A DNA stretch of 37,731 nucleotides, from the NCBI RefSeq assembly GCF_001194135.2, contig NC_068988.1, forward strand, positions 25,265,740 through 25,303,470. The letters run 5' to 3'. This stretch comes from Octopus bimaculoides. Lineage: Eukaryota. This document shows, piece by piece, positions 13,240-26,623 of the stretch. The notes below the pieces were generated by a model. That model had not been told where the DNA came from. It searched no databases and saw nothing but the letters and a program-made list of their open reading frames with translations. The first letter of the stretch is position 1. The number at the start of each line of letters is the position of its first letter. Both the position numbers and the translations under genes were made by a program.

Positions 13240-13400
13240 ATCTGAATTTATCTTGAGCCAAGTCCATCTAGGAAACTTTATATATTTGGTAATAAAGTAA
13301 ACACTTTCAAACGAAAACTAGCTGTCGCCAAGCTGTGTCACTCTGACATAGCCACAATACTCTCACTCATGTCTCTCCAAACAGCCAACGCGTTCAAAGC
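13240..13400 (+). mobile_element. Possible hAT (Buster-like) transposase relic
   Basis: NLNLS* followed, with a frameshift, by NKVNTFKRKL resembles the hAT LNxLNLSLQG...KVxAFKxKL motif. Short and decayed. Confidence 0.28.
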
Positions 13401-14240
13401 AAATAAATATTAAAACGTTAAAAGTAAAACCTTTTCTTTATGTAAGATACTATGATCCACGATAACCAATTCATCATCTGGGGAATCTCTAAAGCCAGTC
13501 AAATTAAAACTTCTTTGATATGGAAATAAGAAAGATGTGTCATGAAAGAAGGAAATGCTATCTATAAATATCGAAGCTCACTACTTAATCTAAAACACTA
13601 TAAACTCAGTATCTGACAGCTAGGAAAAGGAAACGACATTTATTCTTCGAACGACTATACATTTACCTAATGGAAAACTAAACCTAGAAAATAATTTAGA
13701 AACGTCCGTGCAAAATAACCCATAATAATGAATAGAACCAATCTAAACCAGAAAACCATTGAACATTAGATCAAATGTGCAAGAGTGCGCCTGAAACAAT
13801 GCATCTTTCTTTGTACATTTTAAAAGCTTCCATGGCTGAGAATGTTGATAACATAGTTGCTGGATGCTTAGCTATTTACAAATTTAATAAACATTGAGGT
13901 ATGCAAAATTGCTTGTATTGTGAAGGTCTCACTACACGAAGGTGCAATCAGCAGAGATCGCAAATACGTCTCAAGAACTGGATGTAACCTTTTATGATCG
14001 GTTGACAGAGGAATAAAAGACCATCGAGATGGTTATTTACCGAATTCATCATGTGAAAATACAGTTTATAGAAGATGCATCAATCCCAGTAGAGTAGAGA
14101 AATATTGCTTAAATCGTCCAAATATGAAATTCTAAAGGTTTTAAGATTTGCTGACATGTTTCTCATAAGGATAATATCATTAAGAATATTAAAAAAAGAA
14201 CAGGGCAGAACAAAAGTAACTTGAAATCCCCTATAAAATA

Positions 14241-14284
<44 letters not shown>

Positions 14285-15189
14285 AAATATTTGCCTTACT
14301 ACTACTACCTATTTTATGAATACTCTCGTTACAGCTAAATATACATATTCAGAACACACAAAACAAAAACAAACGTCACATATTGAATATACTTATGTTG
14401 AGAAAGAATGTAGCAAATAACATAACGTTAGAAATGATAATTTNNNNNNNNNNNNNNNNNNNNNNNNNNNNNNNNNNNNNNNNNNNNNNNNNNNNNNNNN
14501 NNNNNNNNNNNNNNNNNNNNNNNNNNNNNNNNNNNNNNNNNNNNNNNNNNNNNNNNNNNNNNNNNNNNNNNNNNNNNNNNNNNNNNNNNNNNNNNNNNNN
14601 NNNNNNNNNNNNNNNNNNNNNNNNNNNNNNNNNNNNNNNNNNNNNNNNNNNNNNNNNNNNNNNNNNNNNNNNNNNNNNNATATGTACACGTTAAGGGTAA
14701 TTAGATTAAAAATTTCAATCTGCGTAATACTATCAGAATTATTGTGAAACATAATATGTTATTATAGACACGCGCAATAAATTCATTAAAAACGAGTTTG
14801 AAAATTACATTAACAACTTGAAAATTAACTTATCCAACAAAGAATATATTTCTCAAAGAATAAAGAGAAGGTCTTGAAAACATGCTTTCTAAAAACGTAT
14901 CTCGTGTAAATAGATTTTAAATAGGTTCAAGTTAGATTATACATGAATATGAAAATCTAATAAATACGTGAATACAAACACACACACACACACACACACA
15001 TACATACGCGCGCGCGCGCACGTCATAAAAAATAATTGCAATGTTATTCTTTTGACAAACATCATGTCTTGATTTTAATAATAAAGATATCTTCAACAAC
15101 AACAACAACAACAACAACAACCCAATCAACTATAATAATATAGTAATGATGATGCTGATGACGATAACAATAATAACAATGGCTTAAAG

Positions 15190-15360
15190 TGTTGGCACAA
15201 TGCCAGCAATTTTAAGGGGGATTGCTCGCCGATTACATCGACTCCAGTGCTCAAATGGTACTTATTTTATCGAACCCGAAAGGCTGGAATGCAAAGTAGA
15301 ATTCAGCAGGGTCAGAACATCAAGATGGCCGAAATACTACTAAGCTTTGTGCAAGATCAC
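15190..15360 (-). mobile_element. Diverged SINE family B copy
   Basis: Shares ttggcacaatgcc...gattacatcgactccagt...ggtacttattttatcgaacccgaaagg...gcaaagt with the reverse-orientation family pattern. AAT/AAC tail on the left. Confidence 0.65.
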
Positions 15361-15367
15361 CAACTTC

Positions 15368-15409
<42 letters not shown>

Positions 15410-15440
15410 GGTGGTGGTAATGATGATGATGATGATGATG
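15368..15440. repeat. Compound (AGT)n(GGT)n(GAT)n microsatellite
   Basis: Direct reading. Confidence 0.95.
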
Positions 15441-15771
15441 GACTTGCCCGTCGAAGACGACGTATGAGGGTACAGATTTTTCTTGGACGACCTGCACTAA
15501 AAAAATATATATATATAGAAATCAAATATATATGCTGTACATTTGCTCATTCTCTCTATCAAATCGACGTTGCTCGAGCAGGTGCACGGTGTACTACGCG
15601 TCAGCTGTCGCAGTGATCGTTGACCAATGTCAGATGAAGTGTTTTATTCAATAATACGACGCACCACAATCTCGCTATCGTTTGCACAACACCGTAACCA
15701 CTAGGTTATACGTTCTCACTACGATGATGATAACAGCTATTAAGAGATAATGAGGTTACATCAGCATTTAC

Positions 15772-15895
<124 letters not shown>

Positions 15896-17017
15896 GTCTA
15901 GACAGAACCATCCTAATCTTGACCAAAGTATACATTATTCTAGCTTGTATTCTAGTAACCCGCTTCTCTTTTTAAAAGTCAATAAAGCGAAATTTGATGA
16001 TCATTTAGCCGCTATTTCAAGCAAGCCTATATAAACATCTCTCAATTTTTAAAAATATTTTGTGTCGCATTTTGATTAGGAAATGCTGTGGCTGTGTTTC
16101 TTTTCTCCTTGAAAAAGAAACACACGTCTATATATTTTGTTGGTAATATAAAAAATTTCAAAATGACGGAGATTGATGTTCTTGCATGTCTTTGACTGGT
16201 GGTAGCTAAGTTTTATGAATGAATTCTTAAGTCGATTGAAACATTTCCATGGTGTCTCTCCAGTTTCTAATAGAAATGAAATAACATTTCTCATTTAACA
16301 TATCGTACTTATCCTCGTTAAACATTTCTATTTATCATTACAATGTTCCCTGCATTAAAAATACTTACACTAGCTTAATTATGATTCCGTATTTCGCGTT
16401 CTTCTCAGTCATTAATCTCACATCTGTATTCCTCTGTTCTAGTGTTATTCGTTATTTTTCATATCTCTATTACTTATGTCCTTGGTTCTCTCTGAGTAGC
16501 TTAAATCTTCAGTTATTTTTTCATTTTTTGATTTCAGTATTTACCTTCCAAATTAATATACATTATACTGTATGTAATTAATGTTTAAGTAGCTTTTCTA
16601 CGTTAACCTAATTTCACACACATTTTTACATACCAGTATTATAATCACGTAAAATTTTAATACATTTTACAGCAAGATTACAATGTCTTTCGTATATAAT
16701 TTTTAATTAAGTATACAAAGAGCTGATGAGTACTTCTTTCATTAACATTAGCCATTGAAATTTTGATAAAAATAATTTGTTAATGAAGTCAAATCTAGTG
16801 AGAATCACAATACAGACAATGAAATCCCTTGAAATATTGTACGTTTTATGTACAATATTTCATATATTCCCGTTACCTCAGTTTCCGAATGCGTTTTGCA
16901 GTTTATTTGGAGGTGAATAATGTATTGCTATATTAAACCGATACTATATTCGTATACGGTTCTCTGACCTCGCTATGCCAAGAATGCTGTTTTAGCTCCC
17001 GCTACAATTTTATTGCT

Positions 17018-17178
17018 ACATTATTTATATTATTTATATTATTTACGTTTGACGTATATTTGTCCTCATCTTGTTTGTTGTTAACACAACTTTTCGGCTG
17101 ATATACCCTCCAGCCTTCATCAGGTTCGAAAATTCCCCAAGACACCTGATGAAGGCTGGAGGGTATATCAGCCAAAAA
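17018..17178. mobile_element. Retroelement fragment with a Penelope-type hammerhead-ribozyme-like motif duplicated as an inverted repeat
   Basis: Perfect 29-bp arms at 17096-17124 and 17145-17173 with a 20-nt spacer. Each arm reads CCTGATGA-A-GGCTG-loop-CAGCC. A 9-bp tandem tail (taaataatr)x3 lies at ~17018-17046 on the minus strand. Confidence 0.7.
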
Positions 17179-18200
17179 TGAATGATGCATATCCACAAAA
17201 TTGTAATATTTTCTTTCTCAAATACACGTTGTACCAATTATGAACACATAATTATTGTATTGTAGCAGTACTCAACAGACGAGGAGTTCGTATCTATTTG
17301 TGAATATACCATATTTTCAGTAACATGTTATAGAAATTAAAATCTAAATTTTAGTTTTGCATATTTATTGGAAATTAATATCATAGTTAAGAATAGTTAT
17401 TTTAGCCTTATGATCGAAAGGTGTAGGAGTTCGATCGTAGCTGTAATAATACTACATTCATAAATTCATTTCGTTTAAGTTACGGTATAAATTCTTACAT
17501 CTATACAATATACTTCGAAATCCAACAAATAAAGATGAACTAACGAAGACATAAAAATAATTAGAATTGTGTTAGTTCAACCTAGAACGCAATATAGACA
17601 TTACAAAAGCCACATTTTCCAAGTAGTGGAGACATCGTACTAAAATATTGCAAGTATATTTCTTTTAAAGTACCGTATTATTCGTTTCATCAACTCTTCA
17701 TGCACTTCGAAACCCGACAAGAATGAGATAAACTAGTAGATAAATAAATATATAAATAAATAATGAATAACAAAATGTTTGGTAGTATACATCAGGATAT
17801 CATATAAACTTACAAAAGCATCATCTGTCAAATAGCGAAGTAGTTCCCATATAAAAATACTCAATAATAACATTCAGGTAGGCTGAATAACGCAAAAGTA
17901 AAAAGTTAAAGCGTATGTATAAAAATAAGAAAATTTCGAGAAGAAATGAAAGAAAAGACGCAGATTAAAATGTACGTCATATGCACGTGACTGACGTTCC
18001 ATATACATACGACCACACAAGTACACATATATGTCTATATGTACAAACACACACACGCACATAGTATATGTATGTGTGTGCGTATGTATTTATGTTTGTA
18101 CGTATTTATAAATTGATATTGATGAATGATATATAGTATCTTGTAATATATATGCAATCATTTAGCTACGTAATTGCATACAAATACGAATGTATGCGCC

Positions 18201-18276
<76 letters not shown>

Positions 18277-19766
18277 CGTGAATGGGTGCGTGTGTAGATG
18301 AATGCATCTACATATATATATATATATACACACATACATATATAAAAATATACATACATACATACATACAGATATAAGTGCTACTTTTATCCCAAAGATA
18401 GCCAATGAAAATAGTAAAATATCAAAATATCCATTTGGATACCCAGGGGAAATCACATTTTGGAGTTAATGGACGAAATATACAAATAGATACAAATGCA
18501 GCCGTCGACTCAACACACACACACATGCACGCACACATACGTTACGGGAGCATGCATGAATACAATATGCCTCGTTGCATACATACATTCATGCGCACAT
18601 ACCCATACACATACACACAGTTATATATATATANNNNNNNNNNNNNNNNNNNNNNNNNNNNNNNNNNNNNNNNNNNNNNNNNNNNNNNNNNNNNNNNNNN
18701 NNNNNNNNNNNNNNNNNNNNNNNNNNNNNNNNNNNNNNNNNNNNNNNNNNNNNNNNNNNNNNNNNNNNNNNNNNNNNNNNNNNNNNNNNNNNNNNNNNNN
18801 NNNNNNNNNNNNNNNNNNNNNNNNNNNNNNNNNNNNNNNNNNNNNNNNNNNNNNNNNNNNNNNNNNNNNNNNNNNNNNNNNNNNNNNNNNNNNNNNNNNN
18901 NNNNNNNNNNNNNNNNNNNNNNNNNNNNNNNNNNNNNNNNNNNNNNNNNNNNNNNNNNNNNNNNNNNNNNNNNNNNNNNNNNNNNNNNNNNNNNNNNNNN
19001 NNNNNNNNNNNNNNNNNNNNNNNNNNNNNNNNNNNNNNNNNNNNNNNNNNNNNNNNNNNNNNNNNNNNNNNNNNNNNNNNNNNNNNNNNNNNNNNNNNNN
19101 NNNNNNNNNNNNNNNNNNNNNNNNNNNNNNNNNNNNNNNNNNNNNNNNNNNNNNNNNNNNNNNNNNNNNNNNNNNNNNNNNNNNNNNNNNNNNNNNNNNN
19201 NNNNNNNNNNNNNNNNNNNNNNNNNNNNNNNNNNNNNNNNTATATATATGTATGCATATATATAGATACACACACGAGCGCACAGATATGTGTATATATA
19301 CGTATATACATGTTTGCATATACAGTACAACGAATACTAACACGTTATTCCATAGTTAAAAGTTAATAGATATTAGAACCGAAGCTACATCTATGTACAG
19401 AAATCCACTTCCACTCATAAATTGTTGTAATCTTGATTAGATTCACTGCGGTTATGTATATTAAGCACTACGTAATAATCGATAAGTGGATGGTGAAAAA
19501 CTTAAATATATTGTTTGTGTTTGCATAAAAGTAATAGCTATGCAATGATGTGTGTTTGAGCAAGTGATCTAATTTTACGACCGGTATTTATTATTTTTTA
19601 TATTTACCTATATGCATATGAATGCAAGTATAATAGCATATATAATCTAGAACAAACAATAGAGACATTCTTATAATAAATTTATATATTAAAAAATCAT
19701 GACACACACAAACAGACACACACACACACACAGACACATACACACACATACATACACACACACACG

Positions 19767-19801
<35 letters not shown>

Positions 19802-20651
19802 NNNNNNNNNNNNNNNNNNNNNNNNNNNNNNNNNNNNNNNNNNNNNNNNNNNNNNNNNNNNNNNNNNNNNNNNNNNNNNNNNNNNNNNNNNNNNNNNNNN
19901 NNNNNNNNNNNNNNNNNNNNNNNNNNNNNNNNNNNNNNNNNNNNNNNNNNNNNNNNNNNNNNNNNNNNNNNNNNNNNNNNNNNNNNNNNNNNNNNNNNNN
20001 NNNNNNNNNNNNNNNNNNNNNNNNNNNNNNNNNNNNNNNNNNNNNNNNNNNNNNNNNNNNNNNNNNNNNNNNNNNNNNNNNNNNNNNNNNNNNNNNNNNN
20101 NNNNNNNNNNNNNNNNNNNNNNNNNNNNNNNNNNNNNNNNNNNNNNNNNNNNNNNNNATATATATATATATATATAAGTATATATATATGCATGCGTATA
20201 TTGAGATATAAAGTGAGAGAATTTAATAATTTAATAATAAACGCATACTTCAATGTCCGTGTTAAACATGCATTAGTTATCTAATATTTAATTATTGTGA
20301 AATTTGTATGCATGGAAATATATGCATGATGGGTTGCAGCATTAGAGGTAAGACAGAAACATTTAGTAAAATAAATATATTATTGTGGATGCATTGAACA
20401 AGTGAGTGTACTTTCAAGACATTTATGCACTGTGAATAATGCAATTAAGTGAAAACATTTCCTTATATGGTAATCTGGAACTTGCAAACTATGTTAAAAT
20501 TTATGCAAAATTTACCACTTATCACAAAAGTCTGGGAAGTTCTCAGTAGCTTTGTTACATCTGCATTAATTTCTCCTACAATGAATTTCAAGATGTTTAG
20601 AATGCAATTGCCAAGTACCTTTGCAATATGATGATTTTCAGAACATTTCCG

Positions 20652-20653
<2 letters not shown>

Positions 20654-20714
<61 letters not shown>
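20654..20714. repeat. (TG)n microsatellite
   Basis: Direct reading. Confidence 0.97.
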
Positions 20715-20716
<2 letters not shown>

Positions 20717-21480
20717 ACATAGCGATAGATGAGGCTGAATGTGGATACATTTAGTAGCATTCATCTCATCAGCTCCTCTCAAATTGAATAAGTTCCGCAG
20801 TACATTAAAACCGTATACAATATCCTTAACATTAATATTCATTACAAATAGTGTGCAAAAAATACACATTTTTTAGTGATATTGTATTTTTTATAATCAT
20901 CTATGTGTCTCATCAAAACATATGTTGCTTGTATACTGAAGTTCATTTATACGTTTTGATTTTCTAATATTTCCCCTTCTTTAATATTAGTTTTCGCTTT
21001 GTTGTTGTATAAAATATAAGACTGCTTTAGATTTTAATCATGTTTTGATGTTATAAAGTAAAACTTATGAAATTTGCATAATTCGAAAATTATAATCAAA
21101 ATTTTAATAAACATAACCATTTCATTACGTTCATTTTACGCAAATTAAACCTATAGCTTTTGTGATACTCGGTATTTCAAAAGCAATCACCTGAGGGAAT
21201 TCATGCAGTAAAACGCTGAACAAAAGTAAAAGAAAAATATTGCATTTTTCATTTAAGAATTATGAAGTAAAATTCGGCAAAGAATATGAAGATGGAAAGC
21301 AGATAAAACGGAGGAAAGTGAAGAAGAACAAGAAGATGCAGAGAAGCAGAAATACAGTAGACGGACAAGAAAATATGTCGTAGCAGGAAGACATCAGAAT
21401 GGGAGATATTGTAAGACAGATTCGAACACAAAATCAGGAGAAGAAAATTATTTAGGATTATATAGAATATTTTTACTTAC

Positions 21481-21657
21481 CTGGTATGCAACGTGGAATA
21501 AGTGTCCATGAACCATTTATGCATTTGATATCTGACGTATCATTGAGAACTAGACCTTCTCTACAGCGAAAATTAATGAATGTTTCGTGATCGACCCACA
21601 CACCTTCACGACTGTGCATTACGGTACCATTTAAAATTGATGGTACTTGGCATTGAC
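21481..21657 (-). CDS. lev-9: Internal coding exon (177 nt, phase 1-1): one complete Sushi/CCP domain
   Basis: Minus strand ttgttctgtttcag|GT CAA TGC...ATA CCA G|gtaagt. Translates (G)QCQVPSILNGTVMHSREGVWVDHETFINFRCREGLVLNDTSDIKCINGSWTLIPRCIP, with four Cys and the Trp. Lies inside track ORF 21473..21766. Confidence 0.92.
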
Positions 21658-21697
21658 CTGAAACAGAACAACCCAATAATATGAATCTGTATGTATG

Positions 21698-21750
<53 letters not shown>

Positions 21751-22407
21751 GAAAGAATGAATTCAAAAGAAAAATGGAGTACGATTTGACAGCTGTTTAA
21801 TGACCACTACACATGTTTCGATACAACAGATCCACATGTGTAGAAGATTTAAATTTAAATTGAGTAACGCTTTACCTGTATAATAGGACCTAGTTGTATC
21901 TCCTCACGTGATATATAATCGCTGCCTCCGTATGTAAATGTTTGATTCCGATGCTATCATATCCAACTGGCTCCTTTGAATCTAGAACACGCTGACATCT
22001 TCAATCCGCTCGCTGTAAGCATGCATCTGCACGCTTGACATGAGCTGCATCGTGTACGCTGTCTGTTTACTGTTTACTGTGTTTCACATGTTAGGCTGCA
22101 CATGCTAAATTTTATGATTTCGCAAATACACTCACACATACACTCATACTTATACAATCACTCAGGGAAATATATACCACTACATCTCAGGGCATCCCCA
22201 TACATTACATACACACACACACACACACACACACGCAAACACACGCGCGCGCATGCACAAATATATATTTTTTTCTTTGCACACACGAAGAATACCTCAG
22301 TCCAGAATTGGTAGTATACCATAATACTGCCGGCTATCTAGTATTTCTAAGGGTGAACGTGCTCTATTTTTTACTCTAATGCGTTCTTAAGGGAATACAC
22401 CTCAAGG

Positions 22408-22458
<51 letters not shown>

Positions 22459-22475
22459 CACACACACACACTCAC

Positions 22476-22545
<70 letters not shown>
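22408..22545. repeat. (TA)n/(CA)n compound microsatellite
   Basis: Direct reading. Confidence 0.95.
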
Positions 22546-22575
22546 TATATACTTGCCCAGGCACACGCATATATA

Positions 22576-22771
22576 CGAAAAGTTCCTGGCTTTAAGGGTC
22601 TCGCGAAAGCTCTGGTTGTAAGATTTATTTTACTGGGCTTAGAAAAACTGAAGGACCGCTGCAATAAGTGTGCGTGAATCCGAGCGGAGAATACACTAAA
22701 TAAAATCATAATTAACTGATCATCCTGTGTTTTCTTTCACCCAAAACCAAGAACCCTTCAGTATCCCTTCG
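22576..22771 (+). mobile_element. Mariner-derived non-autonomous element with a partly deleted 5' TIR
   Basis: The 3' end reverse-complements to ta|cgaagggatactgaagggttcttggtttt. The 5' end reads ta|cgaaaagttcctggcttt, the same TIR with an internal deletion. Internal [12 protein letters not shown] resembles the mariner transposase C-terminus (G..KL..RW.KC). Confidence 0.65.
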
Positions 22772-22909
22772 TATATATATTTCGTGATACACTAAAATGC
22801 TATGTACAGTACCAGAATTTTCGAATCAAATCAAATATAACAAACCACTCCAAAATTTTCTTCAGTAGAGTAAAGACCTGCTAGTTTGTAGTGGCATCAA
22901 GCCGTATAC

Positions 22910-23102
22910 ACTTTTCTCTACTCTAGGCACAAGAACCGAAATTTTGGGGGAGGAGGCCTGTTGATTAGACCGTCCCCAGTTTATCGAAAGGATGGAACGC
23001 AAAGTCGGCCTCCGCGGAATTTGAACTCAGAACGTAAAGTTAGACGAAATACAGCTAAGCATTTTGCCTGGCGTGCTAACGGTTCTGCCAGCTCACCGCC
23101 TT
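22910..23102 (-). mobile_element. tRNA-derived SINE (family B here)
   Basis: Minus strand reads ggcggtgagctggcagaaccgttagcacgccaggcaaaatgcttagc...ctgagttcaaattccgcgg...ttgtgcctagagtagagaaaag. It has a B-box (gagttcaaattcc) and related copies elsewhere in the window. Confidence 0.75.
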
Positions 23103-24063
23103 CGAGACGTATAAATTGTAATAATGAAATCAAACCATATAGTGATATTTTGAAATCATTTAATACGTACCTTTCATGTTTGTCACCGAGTTTATTTCAA
23201 ACCCATTCTCTCCCCAAATTCGTGAACTGTATCGGCTTTTACTTAGATATCTATGCTACCAGACAAACATCATCTCGTTTTCTTTCAATACCATTTACTT
23301 ATACATTCCATACATCCTTTCCTACTCTCTCCACTGTCACTTCACATATCCCTCACTTCATTTTACCGCTTTTTTTCACTCTATCTCTCGCTCTCTTATT
23401 CTGTCTTTCTCTCTCTCCCCCTCTGTATACATATCTTCCTCCAAAGTAAATAGCCAACTTACTGCTCTAACCACATGTCTCCAGCGAAATATCTCCTGTA
23501 AATTTCATCATATTTTGAACCGCTTCAACTGGGGATGGTTTATATAATAGAGGCATTACCTATATTAGATTACTCTAACCGGTAACGTACGTATAAAGTG
23601 ATTTCGAAATATTACTGTTTCGACTCTATTGTTACAAAAATATAACACATTCACGCTCACGCGCGCACACACACTCATACACATGTATTTCTTCAGGGTG
23701 CTTCAAATTCTAAAGAAATGAATCTATCTTTCCACTTAGAATAAAGACATCAAATATATATTAGACAGTAAATAAAATACTTCAACGATAATCGTTAGTC
23801 CCTGAAATATATTTTGATTCGAAAACAGTCCTTCTTCAATAAAAAGTTCATAAGAGTGAAATTGAAGAGGAACAGAAGAATTTAACATTCCATAAGTTAC
23901 ACACACACGCATATATATATATATAAGTTTAAGTTCTTAATTCCCTGCTTGTGGTTGTGCCAGTTGCACTTACGCAATATGCCGCACTTATCTATATATA
24001 TTCTAATTGTGATATGATGAGGATCTGTTATACTTTGTGCGCATGGAGATTATTCATACATAC

Positions 24064-24155
24064 CCCAACATTTCGGTGGTGGATGGGACCATGCTCCATT
24101 ATCCTGACATTGTGTGGAAAATGATGGTCCGTCAAATGTTGTTCTTACATTGCAT
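24064..24155 (-). CDS. lev-9: Internal coding exon (92 nt, phase 2 to phase 1): second half of the same Sushi/CCP domain
   Basis: Minus strand tatattttgcag|A TGC AAT GTA...AAA TGT TGG G|gtatgt. Translates CNVRTTFDGPSFSTQCQDNGAWSHPPPKCW, with CCP Cys II-IV and the conserved Trp. Phases match both neighbouring exons. Confidence 0.9.
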
Positions 24156-25458
24156 CTGCAAAATATAACGATGAAAAGCATTGAATCTGTATTCAATTAC
24201 AAGCATTTATTGTTTTAAATAACATTTATACTAACATATTAGATAGCCTAAGATACGAGAGTTAATTAGGACATTTTAAAGCATGGCAGGATTATGCTGC
24301 TGTAGTTTATATGAGACTGTGCGTCTATAGCTTTTTGCAGCATCGATCCATAAATGTGAACGCTCTTCCGGGATCTCCATATTATCCCACTGTACATTAA
24401 CAATCGGCCAACCAAATTCATACATACCAACCTGCCGCCCTTTAAGAACTAGCATAAAATAATGACATTGTTTGAGAAAAAGGGGACATAATCGCTGAAT
24501 TACCCTGAATTATAACGGAGCATGAATATGATTAAAGTTACTGGTGTTGGATCTAAGTATCTTTATTCCATCAATGTTTATTTTTACTTCGTTCAGTGTG
24601 AGCTGGTATAGGTAGCTGTTGAGTGCAGGAAGGAAATTAGTTTATAACCATGATAAAATGGGTTGATTTCAATTAGCAGTGTGCCTGTTATTAACTGAGA
24701 AATGCTTTATGTTGTTTGAGTGTAATTCCGACTGGGTCAACAAGAGGAGAAGAGCAGGTAAGAAGCCGTAATTACAATCAGTCACTAGCACCACTTAATA
24801 ATGAAATTTGTCCTTGAAATATCGGGTGAATCTGGCCAATATCTACACCAACTTGATCTACTATAATCTGGTTATGAAGTTGAGACGAAGGAATAAATTG
24901 TTAGCATTAAACCTATATACATCGATGCCTCTGAGTAGATACAGGTGACCTTTGAAGGTGAAAAACAAAGAAAAATTAAATATTTGTGATATAACACAGC
25001 TATAACATGCAGGCGAGGTTTTGATTGTCAAGAGAATTACATTCTCCCAGCATTTGTGTGTCGAGATGCCTTCACCGAGTATCGCATGACATATCTACAA
25101 GCGATTTCCTAGGAGAGTTGTCTCGTGTAAGAAATGCTAAAAGGACCCCTTTCCTCGTTTCAATTCTTTTCGGTCTAACTGCAACTCTAAATAAATGAAC
25201 TATGATGTGGCTTGTAGATTTTTCGCAAACCACAATATATTCTTAAATCTTATATTTCCTTTGTGACTTTGAATACACAGTAGTTTGCTTTGTATATCAC
25301 CAACTAATTTACACAGCTCTTGACATCACAACATTGTACGCAATGCACAAGTTGAAATGTTAATCGTTTGACATCTGTAATGTTTTCAGATACTTGCTGC
25401 AGTCTAACAAACAGACAATGCGATAGATAAAAGGTTTACACCTGAGTGATATAAACAG

Positions 25459-25838
25459 TTGTCGGCACTCCGTCGCTTACGACGTCAAGGGTTCCAGTTG
25501 ATCCGATCAACGGAACATCCTGCTCGTGAAATTAATGTGCAAGTGGCTGAGCACTCCACAGACACGTGCACCCTTAACGTAGTTCTCGGGGATATTCAGC
25601 GTAACGCAGTGTGACAAGGCTGGCCCTTTGAAATACAGGTACGATAGAAATAGGATGAAAGAGTGAGAGAAAGTTGTGGTGAAAGAGTACAGCAGGGTTC
25701 GCTACCATCCCCTGCCGGAGCCTCGTGGTGCTTTACGTGTTTTCGTTCAATAAACACTCACAACACCCGGCCTGGAAATTGAAACCGCGAACTTATGAGC
25801 GCGAGTCCGCTGCCCTAACCACTGGGTCATTGTCCTCC
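25459..25838 (-). mobile_element. Second full-length copy of SINE family C, inverted, with 10-bp TSD
   Basis: The reverse complement aligns end to end with 5900-6284, roughly 90% identical by eye. TSD gatataaaca at 25448-25457 and 25841-25850. Confidence 0.9.
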
Positions 25839-26587
25839 GCGATATAAACAATAAACATCTCAAAACTATTCTGAGCAGTAACGCAGATTCTCTGAGTAAC
25901 CAGCTCTGGAGGAGAGTCATGCTAGTATTTATAGCCTATTAAAAAACATTTTAGTCTGGCACTACTACAAGAAAGAGGTCGATTCTTTCCGGTACAAGCT
26001 TTGCAGAACGGATGTGTGAGTACCGGAATCTGACTGAGAGAAGAGAAATGTAACAAAAGTGTCGTGCATGGAGTGGCTTAGCGGCATGCTGCCCACTAAT
26101 ATTCTGTTCATATTCTCGACATCTAGGCTTGTATCGAATCTCTGTAGAGCAGATCCGTCTGTCTCGCGAGTTAAAGAGAAAAGATTGTTTCGAAGACAAA
26201 GTAATGATGTAGACAACGCTTCTACGTTATTCTCTTATATCGTCTTGTGCTATATTTTATTTCATCAACACTTGCCAATAATCATAAATTTATCATAATC
26301 CGAAGATGTTTATTGTTACAGGAAAATAAAACGATTTTTATTAATTAATCCTATAAACAATTCAATACACACTCACACCCCAAATCCCACGCCGATATAT
26401 ATAAATATATATATATTTATATATGCATGAGTGTCTATGTGTGTGTGTGTGCAGGGATGTATTTGCGTGCTTATATATATTTAAATACAGAGAAATCACA
26501 TGCGCACATTATATATGAGTGCCTCTGTGTATACACATTATATATGGGTACATATATATGAGTGCCTTTGTGTATACACGCATACCG

Positions 26588-26623
<36 letters not shown>

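Noticed and set aside
16076-16294. Minus ORF after an AG acceptor as a possible terminal exon
   Set aside because: No CCP or other recognisable motif; composition looks intronic.
16723-16770. CTGATGAG...GAAA (also CTGATGA at ~30166 and ~35667)
   Set aside because: No stem II pairing, so not hammerheads.
18420-18456. ISPGYPNGY, resembling a CUB-domain motif
   Set aside because: In-frame stop just upstream, no acceptor AG, and no other CUB residues; probably chance.
20380-20870. Moderately complex sequence flanking the (TG)n, with short ORFs on both strands
   Set aside because: No open phase-1 exon with a CCP pattern and no recognisable transposon motif.
25981-26030. Hairpin tccggtac/gtaccgga near a TATA-like ctataaata and overlapping short ORFs
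   Set aside because: The stem is only 8-11 bp with a large loop, too weak for a pre-miRNA. No LTR termini or domain recognised.
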